A stretch of DNA of 64,000 nt from Raillietiella orientalis (Eukaryota): positions 2,542,001 to 2,606,000 of the forward strand of contig JAYWIR010000005.1 in NCBI GenBank assembly GCA_036172245.1, read 5' to 3'. This document shows, in pieces, positions 1 through 13,500 of the stretch. Position 1 is the stretch's first letter; the number at the start of each line of letters is the position of its first letter. Below the pieces are notes generated by a model. It made no database searches. It was not told the DNA's origin and was given only the letters and a program-made list of their open reading frames with translations. The position numbers were made by a program, and so were the translations under genes.

Positions 1-1952
1 GGTCCGGCTTGTGATCCGGCAGGGAGACAGCCTGAGCCCCTTGCTCTTCAGTACCTACTTTGAGTTAGTACTGAGAGCGGACATGGCAACTCTGGCGCAC
101 CTGTCGCACGACTGTGCCGGTACGCCGGCCGTTTCAGCGTACGCGGACGACCTTCTGCTGCTGCGTTATATGTCCACCCCGGCTGCGGCGATCGAGGAAT
201 TCTTTGACCTGCTGCATCGGGGAACCGGACTTACGGTGAACAGAGCAAAGTCGTCCGTGATGCCAGTTGGTGCGGCGTGGGCAAGGCAGCAGGACTGGGT
301 CCGTTTGGGGATCCCCACGGTGAGGTACTTCAAGTACCTTGGTGTGCCGTTGGGGGACTAATCCCCTGCGGAAGCGTGGTCAGGCTGCCTCCAAAAAGTA
401 GAGACGGCGATTAGCCCGTTCCGAGGCTGCATTTTTTTCCTGCCTGAACGGGCCGCGGTTTCGAACACGTTCGCAGCTCCTCTCCTCCGCCCTCTGCTTT
501 CTGTTTGCCCCCCCACAGAGAGAATTAAAAAGCGGACAAAGAACCTCCTCCGTATTGCCCTTTGGAGCAACAAGAGGGCCCGAGTCCGCTTAAAGGACTT
601 GTGCGCTCCGCGTCGGGACGGTGGTCTGGGCCTCCGGACTCTGGAGCGGCTGGAGCTTCAGCTCCAGTTATGATTGTCGGCACTTGTTCCAGAGTTGTGT
701 TGCACCTGTCGTTGCGTCCCTGCTCGTCTCCTTCTTCAGCAAGCCACGGGCAAGACGGAACTGACGTCGTTTCTTGCACTCCGTCTCCGCGTCAACCGAT
801 GGGGACTCCAGCTACGGAGGGTGGCTGCGCTGTACCGGAGAAACCCAGGATTGGTCACCTGTCGCCCTTTGAACGGTGGTGCCTCGTTGCAGGAAACCGT
901 TGGAACGGGGTACAGTTCGGCATGCAACGCTCCCAACAGGAACGAAGGTTCCTGTTTAGGGGTTACAGAAGTTGCACGCTCCGTGAGATCCTGAAGGATC
1001 CAAAGAAGAGAGCGTTGGCAGAAAGAACCGCCCTCGCTGCTGCGCTGCCCTCCCTAATGGAAGATCTGGACAGCGAAGTTGCGGCGAAGTGGGAGGTTAC
1101 AGTACCAATCTCCTGGAAGGAGAAGAAGTTTGGATAGTGGAAGACGGGTCAGCTGACTGGCGCTGCCACCTCGAGTACGCACCCCCATGGACTTCTACGC
1201 TGGGCGCGCTGCTCGACATTCTCATTGAACGTTTAAAGTAACCCCCGGTACTGAAGAACACCTCTACCCTCCCCTTAAAATGGCAGGAGTCGACTCTCCT
1301 GTTGCTGCATTGAAGACTCTCCTGCAACGCCCGCTGGCACTACTGGACATGTTGAGCACTGGACCCCAATTCCGTCCGGTGCTGGGAACGGTATTGCCTC
1401 CTCCACGTGCTTGTGGAGTGTGTTGCCCTTCGGCGCCTTTGGTTTCGCTTTGCCGCGGCCATCGGAATCCCCTGCGGCAATCCCAGGGTCGTTCTGAAAG
1501 CCCTCTTTGCTGCCGACGCCCTGCGGCCAGCGGCCTCGTTAGCAGCCCTGTGCTGCCTCCGCGGGATCGTCGCCGCCTGGAGCAAGGCTACGGGAGGACC
1601 ACACGACCAGTGTGCCAGCCAGCCAGTCTCTTAGTTCCTGAGGAGGGCGTCCAGATGGCCCCACCTGGATCCAAGCATGCAGCAAGAGCTTGCCGGAATC
1701 CTGCAAAGGATGCAACGGCCCCACCAGCAACTGTGATCTCTTTCCGTACCCTCCCAGTTTTTTCTTTTTTTTTTGTTTTGTTTTTTGTTTTTCCCCCTTC
1801 CCTCTGCTGCCGTGGTGAACCGTACCGGTCTGCGAATTGGTGACTTGGCAGGCTCTGTGTTTCTTCGTGCGTGGCTGGAGCAATGGTATGGCCACTGCAT
1901 GTCTTTGTAAATGTTTATTTTATAATAAACGCCCCAGCGAAATTCGGGTTCA
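1..1952 (+). mobile_element. Tx1/L1-like LINE, family F1, 3' half (RT to 3' terminus; 5' part outside window)
   Basis: RT motifs QGDSLSP, YADD and YLGV in ORF 11..361. T-rich 3' UTR, AATAAA at 1924 and terminal hairpin. Colinear with 25020-26982. Confidence 0.9.
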
Positions 1953-2187
1953 AATCGAACGCCTTGCGGAGATCGACCGCGACCGCCAAGGCACCTGGCG
2001 CTTCCTCAGGCTGAATGCTGTGACGCCTAGCCCCAGTAGCCGCAGATGCGGTTACCTGGCTGTCGTGCGCCACGCAACGTTGCAGCTCGAGCCACGTGCG
2101 CGCGAGGAACAGGTTCGCCTCCATGGACCGCCCGGGAACAGCGTTAGACTGCTCCGGACTTACCACGGATTCAGCGATCCTGCCTAG
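1953..2187 (-). pseudogene. RT fragment of an F2 host element, ending at the AVAVDLRKAFD motif
   Basis: Minus-strand translation PGRSMEANLFLARTW...AVAVDLRKAFD; closely similar to 26983-27215. Confidence 0.85.
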
Positions 2188-2295
2188 CTGCCCGCTATCC
2201 TGCAGGGGACTGGCCATCTCGGCGTTTGGCTGTTTTGAAGTGCCCTTCGCAGGAAGGGCAGCTCCGTGGTCAGTGAGGTCGTATTCGCTTAAATG

Positions 2296-4272
2296 CCTCT
2301 GGCGGGACACACAATCATGTTCCGCAGCGTGCAGCGGGTGTAGATGCCGGTGCGCAAGCGGTTGCAGGATTCTCCACTGATGTGTTTTAACTTTGCCCAC
2401 GTTCCAACTGTTTCTTCCAGCCATGCGCTGGAGTTGGCGGGGCTGCAGGCCATCCACCCGTTCTCCCTCGCGAGTGTGGCTACTCGTCCGAGGAGAAGGC
2501 CGCATCTTCTTGTCTTCCTTCCACGACATAATAGAAAAGATGCGAGTCCTTCAGTCCCGGACATACGTCTGGCGAGGAGGCGGGCTGGAACGCACCAAGG
2601 TATGCTCCACAGCTTGGCTGCGATGGCCAAGGTTCGCTAATCGTAGCTGTGTTTCCATTCGCTCCATCATCAGTACACTAAGACCTCCGTCCCGACGAGG
2701 AGCGCACAAATCCTTTTAAGGCACACGAGGCCTCCCGCCGCCCCACAGGGCGATGCGTAGGAGGTTCTTTGTTCTTTTTTTTAGTTCACGGGGTACGGGG
2801 CAAACAAAAAGCAGAGGGCGAAGGAGGGGGGCCGGGAACGCGTTCCACACCGCGGCCCGTTCCGGCAAGTGAAGCTTGCCTTCCAGGAACGGGCCGATCG
2901 CTGACTCCACTTTTTGGAGACGACCTGACCAGGCTTCTGACTGGCAGAAGTCCCCCAACGGAACGCCGAGGTACTTCAAGTACCTCTCCGTGGGGATCCC
3001 CAGGCGGATCTAATCAGGTCGTCCTGTTCACGTTGCACCAACCGCAACCAGCGACGACTTCGTCCTGCTCTCCCGTAGTCCTGTCCCACGGCTCAGCAAG
3101 TAGAAGAAATCTTCGACTGCCGAAGCCGGGGCGGACATAGGGAGCAGGAGCAGTAGATTGTCAACAAACGCCGACACGGCCGGCGTACCTGGGCACGAGC
3201 TTGGCAACGCAGCCAAAGTCATCCTGTATGCTCTCATCACCAACTCGAAGAAGGTGCTGAAGAGCAGGGGACTGAAGCTATCGCCCTGCCGAATCCCGCG
3301 GCGCATCGGCACGCCGTACACTTTCTGTATTCCGAAACAGATGTTCGTTAGCCCGGCGCGCCAGCAGGAGCGCAGGTACGCCGTTAAAGTAGGAGGGAAG
3401 CCCATGCGATACAGAAGCTGCAGGAGGAGCTCCTGGTCCATGAAGTCGAACGCTTTATGGAGATCAACTGTGATTGCTGGGGCACCCTTACCCGCCCGGC
3501 TGTCTTTATTCTGACCAGTGGTCACCCTTAGATTGGGGTTGCCGAGAGATCCTTTGCGTTCTTTTACTTCTTGCGAATGGAACCACGTGCTGGAGAAGAA
3601 CAGTTTAGCCTCCATACTTTGCCTGGAAACAGCGTAAGTCCGGGCGAAGTATGGAGGGCTAATTATGAATTCGGCTACCTGTCCGATCCGCGCAGCCCAC
3701 AGTTTCGCGACCAACTTGACGTCCATGTTCACGACAGTGATCGGACTCTGGTTGGTTAACTTACGGAGGTCTCCTCCTGTAGCAAGGAGCCTCATCCTAG
3801 CTGACCGGAACGAGGCGGGAACATTGCCTTCTTCCCGGATCAGCTGTGTGAATCTGTGTACCAAAGGGGTCAACTCTGCCGCAAAGCTTTGAAAAAACTC
3901 CGCTGGCAGGCCATCCTCCCTTGGTGCCTTCCGCCTCTTGAGCCCTTTAATCGCGGTGAAGATTTCACCGGTCGTGAAAGGCTCGTCGAGACTTTCTTTC
4001 TCTTCCTCCCCTATGGCCGGGTTTCCTTCCGGGAGCAACAGTCGCGAGGCGTCCCGCTCGGGAGGCACCCTGGCGTACAGGGAGGAATAAAATTTTCTCA
4101 GCATGTGTCGAATCGCTGGAGGGGCCGTGTGTTCGCGGTCCTGGTTGTCCAGCAGGGTGGACGGTCCGGACTGCCAAGCTTGACTCTCAGCCCCGACTCG
4201 GTACTCGGCCAGGCGACGGACGTTGGGGGTCCTCGAGTAATGACGGGCGTATAAATACGCCCTTTCGTTACG
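2296..4272 (-). pseudogene. LINE ORF2 fragment (EN-RT linker, RT and post-RT region), frameshifted
   Basis: ORF 3028..4314 contains KAPREDG, DLHKAFD, QGDSFSP and degenerate FVDN; ORF 2716..2979 has KYLGV. Related to 38138-40240. Confidence 0.88.
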
Positions 4273-5270
4273 GAAGGACGTGTTTTTCCGGCGCTCCGTC
4301 GACGAGCTCCGCAAAGCGGTTTTCTCATTTATGAAGTGTGTGTGTTTTCACATCGTTGGTGTCCGATGGCATCGCTGCCAGAGGACACCACGATGGAGGT
4401 AGGAGTTGGGGTGGCTGGTTCGCCCCCACGGCCTACAGAATCAGGGGCATCCGTCCCGGAATCACCCTCGTCGCTTAAGGCAAGGAGTTGGAGCGCCACG
4501 GTGGCCGCGCCTAGCGCGGAAACCATGGCAGAACAAGCAGCATACACGGTACCTTATATACAAGCCATCGCTCGCATATAAGGTAGACAACCTGTTTAAT
4601 GGCAATACAGCACGTGCCTTTACGAAGGCACTGCAGTCAGCTAATGTGTTAGAGCAAGATCTTGATGGCCTCTCCGTCCTCAGCGGGGGTCAACGGGTCG
4701 AGGTGGTATGTAAAGATATCACCTTGTCCCAACGCCTGATCACCGACCCGCTGGTCGTTGATGGACGCAAGATCTTGCCGGTGACGATGGACTGCTCGGT
4801 AGTGGTCCATCTCACCGGGATCACCAGCCGCATGACTCGCTCTGCGGTTGGTGAGGAACTAAGAAAACATGGAGATGTGTACGCGTTGTGGCCCAAGCCC
4901 ACCATTTTTAACAGCTATAATAGCCTTTTTGGTGGCCAGGCCGCAGCGCGTGTCACCGTTAAGGATGGTGGTGCGCTGCCCCACAAGCTGGGGGTCTGCC
5001 AAGAATCGGTGGACCTCTGGTACGTGGGGAAACCCCGCTTTGTGGCTACTGCAATGCAGTAGGGCACTTGCGCAAGCGGTGGACAATCAGCATTCGGCCA
5101 GCTGATTCTTAGGTGGTCCGACTCGATCGACTTAATCATCACAAACGTGTGTGCCCCCAGCGGCAAACAGGGTTACCGCGACCGTACCAGGCTGCTGGAT
5201 ACCCTGAAGCGCTATTGGCTAGCAGACGCGAATGCGCGAAAGGCTCACCTGATAGCGGGAGATTTCAATC
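4273..5270 (+). mobile_element. F4 LINE 5' end: ORF1 N-half joined by deletion (~5080) to an endonuclease fragment
   Basis: GGACGTGTTTTT at 4276. ORF1 similar to 17411-18000. 5085-5270 encodes DLIITNVCAPSG...AHLIAGDFN (APE motifs). Confidence 0.8.
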
Positions 5271-5348
5271 GAGTGCGGACGTGTTTTTCTTCGCTCTCGT
5301 CTCCGGGCTTTCATTCGCTTCATCCTGGTGTCGTGCATTTCGACGACG

Positions 5349-7310
5349 ATGGCGACCCAATCCGAAGCTACTGAAGTTGGAGGAATAGCATCCGGATCTA
5401 CAATCGCGGAACCGACGGCCGCCTCCACTTCGTCTTTCTCGCCAATGGAGAGGAGTTTTGCTGACGTTGCTGCCGCGGCAGCCGTCAAAGGGGTACCACC
5501 CAACGAGGCGGATGTGCAGGCCTACGTAGCCCAGGTCTCCAATCCCGCACTCCGCTACCAGGTCAGTGGATTTCTTTCTGTTCGCGACGGTAATCAGTTC
5601 AACGATGAACTGACCCGTGTTTGCGTGCGGGAGGAAGATCTTTTGGCCATTATGCCCATCAAAACCTTGGGATATTTCAAAGTACGCTGCAAAGACGCGG
5701 CTGTTGTGCAACGCTTGCTGCACACTCCTTTGTCCATCCGTGGTAAGAAGGTCTTTCCGTCTACCATGGATGAGTCGTTCGTGGCGGAGCTTCACGGCAT
5801 CGAACCGGAAACTTCCGACCGCGAATTGCGGACTGTGTTAGCGAAAATCTCCACGGTCCATGCTCTGTGGAAGGTTGTAAGCACCCTTAACGACTTCCCG
5901 TCCATCGTCAGCGGTAGCGCCGCGGTTCGACTAACCATGCTGGACCGCCGGCTTCTACCCTCTAAGCTGCAGGTGAACGACACGGTCATTCACCTGTGGC
6001 ATGCAGACAAGCCTCGAGTATGCGAGAAATGCGGCGAAGAGGGGCATTATCCACAAAAGTGCCCTTCTGGTAAATGCCGCTACTGCAAGCAATCCGGGCA
6101 CAACTTAAAGAATTGCCCGGACCTTGCTAGAAAAAAGGCAGCCGCAAAGCATCAACGCGCGAAATACGTCGCGAAAAAAAGGAACGCGCCAGAGGAAAAA
6201 CAGTGCGCACGGGCTAAGTCTCCTTCCGATGCGAAGCGAAATGCCGGACAACAGCAGGGGTCCTTAACGTTGAAGCCCTTCACGTCACACTTAGCTGCAG
6301 GCGAGCTGCAAAAGAAATGGCGCGGGAGCTCAAAGGACGACTCCAGAGCTCGTGTCAGTGATCGCGGAACCGCGGTTTCAACCCAGGGCCCAACGAAGGC
6401 CAAGGGAAAAGAACCGCTAAATGGCGAACGCGGTCAAGTGGAAAATAAACATTCCACGAACTTGCCCCCTTCAAAGCCGAAGAAGCCCAATGGCCAAAAA
6501 AGGAAGGAGGCCTTCGTTCCGGATTCGAAAACCGGAAAAAATAATCGCGCTCTTCGCGGCAGCACCTCGTCAGCGGAGAACCACTCACCGTCCACACGAT
6601 CAGAGAGCAAGCTCCCGACTGACAGGGATGCGACCCCGACGGAGACGTTAACGCCGGTCGCGCACGCGGCGCCGCTGACGGCCGAAGAGTTAACCTCAGG
6701 GGTTCTCGCGGCGCAACAGGAGATCACCTCCGAATAAGGCGAAAGCGAATGGACGGTGGTGGAAAGAAGCGGTAAGAAAAAAGCTCCAAAAAACGCTCCA
6801 CAACATCCGTCGAAAGCGCTCCTGAAGGCGAGGAACTCTCGAGTGATGAAAAAGACTCGCGCGAAAGTTCCTCGTGCAATATCGCACTCTCATGCTGACA
6901 TTGCGCGAGCTGTAAAAACAGCCTCCGAAAAAAGCGATGCAACATTACCAAAGAGCGCAAAAACGATCGCTGTCCAACAAAAAGACAGCCGTTGCTCTTC
7001 GAGGCACGCGAAGAGCGAGTCACGCGAACGCCATACGGACTCCGCATCGGAGAACGACCCGATTTCCGAACGTCGAGTAACTCGTGCGGAAACGGAGGCG
7101 CGTCGCGTAAAAGCCGGCAGGCGGGAAATTTCCGCCGCGAAGCAGATTGAGTTTCCACCAAAATCCGAGAAGGAGGAACATGGGGTGGGCACCTCAACTG
7201 CATGCAGCACGACGGAGGACAGTGGCGACCGTCCCCTCTAGCCTGTCGTGCTGCTCGCCGTCCGCTCGCCGGATAAAGCGAGCAAAAAGCCGCCGCCTTC
7301 CCAGCAGTAA
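5349..7310 (+). pseudogene. ORF1 (nucleic-acid-binding protein with two CCHC knuckles), disrupted by in-frame stops
   Basis: CEKCGEEGHYPQKC and CRYCKQSGHNLKNC; Lys/Arg-rich low-complexity C-half; stops at 6737 and 7241; frame ends at TAATG 7308-7312. Confidence 0.85.
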
Positions 7311-7960
7311 TGCGGGGAATCGCGTCTTCTCGTCATCTGTCCGTCGCGTGTTGGAACGTGAACGGACTGCAGAACGACGAGAAGAGGCGAATAGTAGCCA
7401 ACGCCCTGCACCCCTTCGACCTCGTGCATCTGCAGGAGATTCACGTAATCTCCGACGAGCAGGCAGCCGAAATCGAGGAGCGCGCAGGCGGAACGCTACA
7501 TTGGCGGTGCGGCGACGCCCACACGTGCAGCGTCGCGTTCCTCGCAAGTGGAAAACTGGCGGAAGCGGTGCGTGGTGTTCGTTTCGACGACGACGAAGGA
7601 CGGGTAGGCCAACTTGTTGTCAAGTGGTCCGAGTCCATCGATCTCGTCGTGACGAACATCTACGCGCCTAGTGGCTATCGCTACCTTGAAGGAAGAGTAG
7701 CTTTCTTTGGTGAGGTGCAAAGCTACTGGCTTAACAACTCCGGCCACCAAGTGGCGCACCTCGTCGCGGGGGACTTCAACGTGCGCCTGCTCTCCGACGA
7801 TTGGAGCCGCCCCAGGAAGCGCTCGCTGCCCATCGAGATGTGCGCGTCAGTGCACGCCGCCAACTTGATGGTCAGCAAACCTGGAATGGAAAGATCGCTC
7901 GATCACTTTTCCTCGATGAAAACCTGCATTGAAGTGTGGGTAGGAGAGGAAGATTGTTGA
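7310..7960 (+). pseudogene. ORF2 APE-like endonuclease domain
   Basis: WNVNGL, LQEIH, NIYAP, VAGDFN, and downstream DH motifs after a frameshift. Confidence 0.9.
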
Positions 7961-8123
7961 CTGGACTTTCTGGGGATCACAGGTCGGAGTTTGAGCTCCT
8001 TCCACCAGGCAAGGGGCCTCCGTTGCTAAACTGGAGGATGCAGACGGATTGGCTTAGCCATCCGGAGGCTGCAGAGTATCTCCGCGAACACCTCCAAGGC
8101 TTCGCCAATCAAGAGCTCGCTTC

Positions 8124-9750
8124 TCACCCGATTGCGCCGGGGAGTTTATTTTTTCGAATAAAACAAGCGTTGGTGGCTGACCTGGTGGTCCATCCATGCA
8201 CTGGTACACAAAAGTAAGCCTGCCGGGTCACCGGTTCGTATTCCGGTACGGTCCACTACGACAGCAGAGGGGGCAAGGACAAAACGAAAACTGTAACAAA
8301 AAAATATATATATATATAAAAACAAGATCTGGTGGGCTCGGGATGGGATCACAGTCTGCTGTGGGGCCGTTGCATCCTTTGCAGGATGCCGGCAAGCTGT
8401 TTTTGGTTTGTTGAATCCAGATGGGTGCATCCTGTCGCCGTCCTCATAAATTCGGCTGCGTACTTGACGGCACCCTTATCGCGTGGTCCTCCCATTGCCT
8501 TGCTCCATGCAGCGACGATCCCGCGAAAGCAGCACAGGGCTGCTAACGAGGCCGAAGGACGGAGGATGTCGTAGACAAAGAGGGATCTAACTGCGTCTCT
8601 GGGGTTGCCACAGGGGATACTGATTGCCGCGGCAAAACGGTTCCAAAGGGGCCAAAGAGCCACACAATCTAAAAGAAGGTGAGAGAGGGACTCCCGTTCT
8701 TTACACCTTGCACAATTAGGGCTCAGCGCTCCCCAGGTCCAATGGTGTCGGCGGGAGTTGCAGGGGAGTCTTCAATGCAGCAACAGTAGAGCCGACTGCT
8801 GCCATTTTAAGGGGAGGGTGGAGGTGTTCATCAGCACCGGGGGCCACTTTAATTGTTCCCGCGGAACATTTAGCAGCTCACCCCAGCGCACAAGTCCAAT
8901 AGGGGTGGTAATCTGGGCCGCAGTTTCGCAAAGAATCCCCGTTTTCCATTTTCCGATTTTTTTCTCCGTCCCGGAGATTTCAGCTTTCACTTCCCATGCC
9001 GCCGCAGTGTTGCCGTCCTAATGTTTTGCGAGGGAACACAGCATTGCAGCAAGGGGAGTTTTCCTTGCCCACGCTCGTTTTTAGGGGTTCTCTAGGACCT
9101 CCCGGAGCGTCAGGCGGTCATTACGGGCGAAGAATTGTCTCTGCCCTTCTTGGGTGCGTTGCTGGTTGCTCCTTGCCCACGTCTGAACCGTTTCCTGCAG
9201 CCATGTAGGTCCGTTAACGGGGAGACAGCAGAGCCATCCCGCGTTCTTCCTCATCATGTCAGTCACTTTCTGCAGCTGCAACCCGCAGTGACCGACTTGG
9301 CGGCGACGACTGAACGCAAGGAAGGATGACAGTCCCACCTTGCCTGTAGCCTGCTCGACAAGGAGACGTGCGAAATCGCACCAACTGCTGGTCCAATACT
9401 TCGCCACTAGGGCGAGTAGTCGAGACTGGAGCTGGAGCTCCAGCCGCTTCAGCGTTAGGAGGCCGAGACGGCCGTCCCGACGCGGAGCGCTCAAGTCCTC
9501 AAGCCGGAATCGGGCCTTCCCATTACCCCACAGGGCAATCCTTAGGAGGTCCTTCGTCCGCTTTTTAGTCTCTGTGGTGGGGGGACAAACAAAAAGCAGG
9601 GAACGGAGGAGGGGGGCCGCGAACGCGTTCCACACCGCGACCCGTTCCGGCAGGGAAAACCTCTGGCCTTGGAACGGGCCGATTGCCGTCTCTACCTTTT
9701 GCAGGCAGCTGGACCACGCATCCGAATGGAGATAATCACCCATCGGTAGC
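8124..9750 (-). mobile_element. 5'-truncated nested LINE (F1-related), antisense in the F3-like ORF2
   Basis: Terminal hairpin and AATAAA at 8124-8150 on the minus strand; post-RT coding remnants. Host reading ...QELA|DRDDLKRSVREFC resumes at ~9755; GCTCGC occurs on both sides. Confidence 0.85.
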
Positions 9751-10510
9751 TCTCGCTCGCGGATCGGGACGATCTCAAAAGATCTGTCCGCGAGTTCTGC
9801 TGCCAATTCCCCTTGCTTCGGTTTTGCAAAAATGCGTGGCCAACAGCAGAGACTTTCTGCAGGCTCGCACGTTTTCGAGACGCGCGGATGTCGGGCGTCT
9901 CGTGGAGTACAAGGCGAGGGCCGAGCGCCAGGTCTAACAGTCCGGAGCAGCATGCTTGTTGGACGAAAAGGGCCAGGAATGTTCGGCCCCAGCCAAAGTA
10001 AGCCGCATTGTGAGACGCTACTACTCCTCGCTGTACGCGGAATCCCCGACGGAGGATATTCTCTCTGAGATACTCCTGTCGCAGGATGCTCCTGTCGTCG
10101 GCGAGGAGGAATGCGAACGTCTCAACGAGTTCTTCACGGCGGATGAATTCTCGTCCGCCATTGCTGGGCTGAAGAGACGAAAGGCTCCAGGCGAGGATGG
10201 GCTCCCTAAAGAGTTTTATCAGTGCTTTGCAGTGGAGCTCATCCCCTTGTTGCTGGGACTCGCGACCCTGATGATGGAATCCGGGAACGTCCCGGATTCC
10301 CTCATTCCTTCCGCTCAGCAAAGGCGAGTCTCCTGCCGAAAGGCGGAGACTCGCGTCAACTCAACAACTGGCATCCGATCACCTTGGTGAACCCGGACGT
10401 CAATTTGTTTTCCAAGCTGTGGGTCGCGCGGCTAGGAAGTATCGCGGAGTCTGTGGTGAGCCCGGAACAAATCTACGCGGTTCCCGGACGATCCATGGAG
10501 GCGAACATCC

Positions 10511-13500
10511 ATCTATGGAGGTCGTGCCCGCGGCGTTGACGCCGAGGATCGCGTTCACGGCGGCAACGGTTGCGCCCGTGGCGGCGGTGGCGGCAACGTC
10601 GAGGGTTGCGCCCGCGGCGACGTCCCAGGCGGGACCCGCATCCGTCCACGCGGTGCAGGGAACGCAAGATGCGACGCCATCTTGCTCGGCTGCGACGGTG
10701 CAGCCGTTTTCGTACGCGTCGGTGGCGGCGGGGCAGGTCAGTGTCCATCCGCCAAGGAAATTCGGCAAATCCCTAAGGGGGAAAGTCGAAAAGGTAGATC
10801 GGCCTATCGTCCAGTTAGGGACAGAGGTGAAGCCCATTATTTTCAAGACTGGATTAATCAAGTTCAACAATATCCGGAAGGTATATCTGTTTTTAGACAA
10901 GATAGACATAGATTTTGATCGTATTCAGGCGATCATTCCCAGCAACAACGGGTTCACGGTCTTAACGGACTGTGAATACATTAGGGAAAGATCGATCCAG
11001 AAGGGGATCAATATTCAATGAAGGATGGTTTGTGACGTTGGTGAGATGCCATACACAACCGTCTTCTTAAACGACATTTCCATCCTCACACTGCAGCTAA
11101 CGGTGTGGAACTTTTTGGAGCAGTTTGGGGAGGTTCTGGACCTTGAATTCCAGAACTTCTCTGGAAATGTATTTTCTGGCGACATGATCGCCAAGAAGAA
11201 GATGAAGGAGGGAGCTGTTATACCTGAGTTGGCGTTCAGTGACGAACAATCCCAGGAAGTTAACGTGCGCTACCGGCAACAACCGGTATTCTGCACCGGG
11301 TGCAAGCAGTTCGGCCACAGGGCCGGCGCTTGCCCAACATCTCGATGCTTCCGCTGCGGCAAGATAGGACACCAAGTCCGAAACTGCCCATAGCCGGAGG
11401 TTTGCTCCTTCTGCAAGACGCATGGGCACGCTAAATGGAGCTGCTTTGAATTCGCCAATTGCAGAAGGATCAGAGGACTCTCTCCCGTGAAAGGGAGGAA
11501 CATAAAAGAGTCGGAACAGCCTCAAAAGTTGGCAGGAATGCCGAAGAAGACTAAGGAAGCCGTCCAGGTATCGGCAGACGGCTTAATCAAAGTTGGTAAA
11601 AAGGGAAAGATGAAGATGCTCATCAAGGAGCAGGAAGTCTCCCTTACCCCAGAAAGAGCAGCGGAAGGCGAGAAAATGAATACAGCACAGGAAGAAGCAA
11701 AGGTGGAAAAAGAAGCCACTCCGGTGTCGCGAGAGGCCCTGCAGCCCACCAAGGAGGTGGCAAAACTGGCGAAAGAAGTGATGGAGGTGCAAAGCGGGCC
11801 CCAGCAAAAGCAAATCCTGCAGAAGATCTGCGACGCACAGGTCGCAGATCGGTGGAAGTTATCGAGCGCGAGAAACTAGAGTAACAGCTTCTCGACGTAA
11901 AGGCGAACTTCTGCGCGAAGGTGGCGATAGAGGCGCTACCTAGAAAACTTATCGCGCGAGCAGAACACTCTACGGAGAAGGCCGAATTTACCGACCTCAC
12001 CGGGACGGAGAATGACGCTGCTAGCAAAAAACCCGCTCCTTCTTCATCGTCTGGAAGAGCACGCTCTCCCAGACAGAAGAAGCTCAAGAAGGCCAAAATG
12101 TAGGTCTTCTTCTTTATGGCCTTATACCTGTCGACCGCCAGGAGGATCATCATCGCCTCCTAGAACGTAAACGAGTTAGTCGTCCATGGAAAGAGAAAGA
12201 GGATTGTGCGGAACATCGCACAACACGACATCGTCTGCCTGCAGGAGACCCACAAGTTGGCTCTCCAGATCATCCAGCAAACGGAACGACATTTCGATGG
12301 GCAGATGCTCGTCAGCGAGGGAGAACGGAACACGCAGGGTGTGGCGGTCTTGGTCAAGAACCAACTGGCCCCTACCATTCTGGAAGTCTTCTGTCCCTTG
12401 CCGGGACGTGTCATCGACGTACGACTGGCCTGGTCCGCTAACGTTCACCTTTTCTTGGTAAACGTGTACGGGCCACACAGGTACAAACATCGATGTGCGG
12501 AGGCGCTGCATGCGGCACTCAGGGAAAAGCTCGCGCCCAAGAACGTCGTGATCGTTGCTGGCGATCTCAATATTCTGGATGAACCCACAAGATCCCAGGA
12601 CGCCGGAGGCAAGAAGGCGTATCGGCGGCTTTCCGACAAGTTCGGACTGTTGTGGCGAACAGCAAGCCACAAGCCGATCGACCACGTCCTCCACAGTACC
12701 GAGCTAGGGAATCGCATGCAGGGTTTTCGCGACACACTCAACACACTGTCCGATCACCAGTTGGTGCGGTTTTCCCTTAGAACGGAGAATCCTCGGCGAA
12801 GGCATGGCGCCATGGCGGCGCTCGTCAGCATGCCCGCCTGGTTTGAGACACATCCTGTGCATCAGGAGGTCCTGAAGGCGATTCTAAAGGCGACTACAAT
12901 CAGAAGAGTCGCCGACTGGGACAGCCTGAAACACAGGATATACCTGTTTGCAAACATGCAATTTGGCAATAGGCGCTTGAGGCAGGAGGCGTACCGAAAG
13001 CTGAACATCCAAGATCGCTCACTCTCCAAGTACTTCGAGGAGTACGAGGGACGGTACGTGTTCTATAATGTAAAAGGGGAAGTCGGCGTGCTGGAGAAGA
13101 AGAATCTGGCAACAGATATCTTCTGCATCCAGTACGGCGATCAAAGTCGACACACGTCTGAAGATATCGTAGATGCCTTCAAAAGGCATTATACGGACCA
13201 CTTTCGACGCTAACACCTGTGTCCGGCTACGCAAAACACCTTCCTGGGCTATCTTGGAAAGAAGCTTGACGACCTCCAGCGGAAGAGACTGGAGGAGGAT
13301 TTTACCGATGAAGAGGTGAAGACTGCGTTCGGTCAATTACGCAAGGACGTGGCAGCAGGCCCTGACGATGTTCCCATGTCTCATTATCAGAGGTATCTGA
13401 ACGACTACCTGCGTTTATTCCACCAGTTCACCCTCTGCATCCGACAAGAAGGACGACTGCCGGAGTCCTCCTAGGAGAGCAGCACGAGATTGTTGCCGAA

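Larger units (their letters stand above)
5271..10510 (+). mobile_element. F3-like LINE, 5' end through early RT, interrupted at 8124-9750, 3' end missing
   Basis: 5' motif at 5277; ORF1; ORF2 WNVNGL, QEIH, NIYAP, GDFN; KAPGEDG and NWHPITL near 10180-10390. Confidence 0.88.

Noticed and set aside
4260..4290. F4 5' junction as another conserved target site
   Set aside because: It differs from the 17301 junction, no TSD partner is visible and the leader appears trimmed, so it may be a deletion breakpoint.
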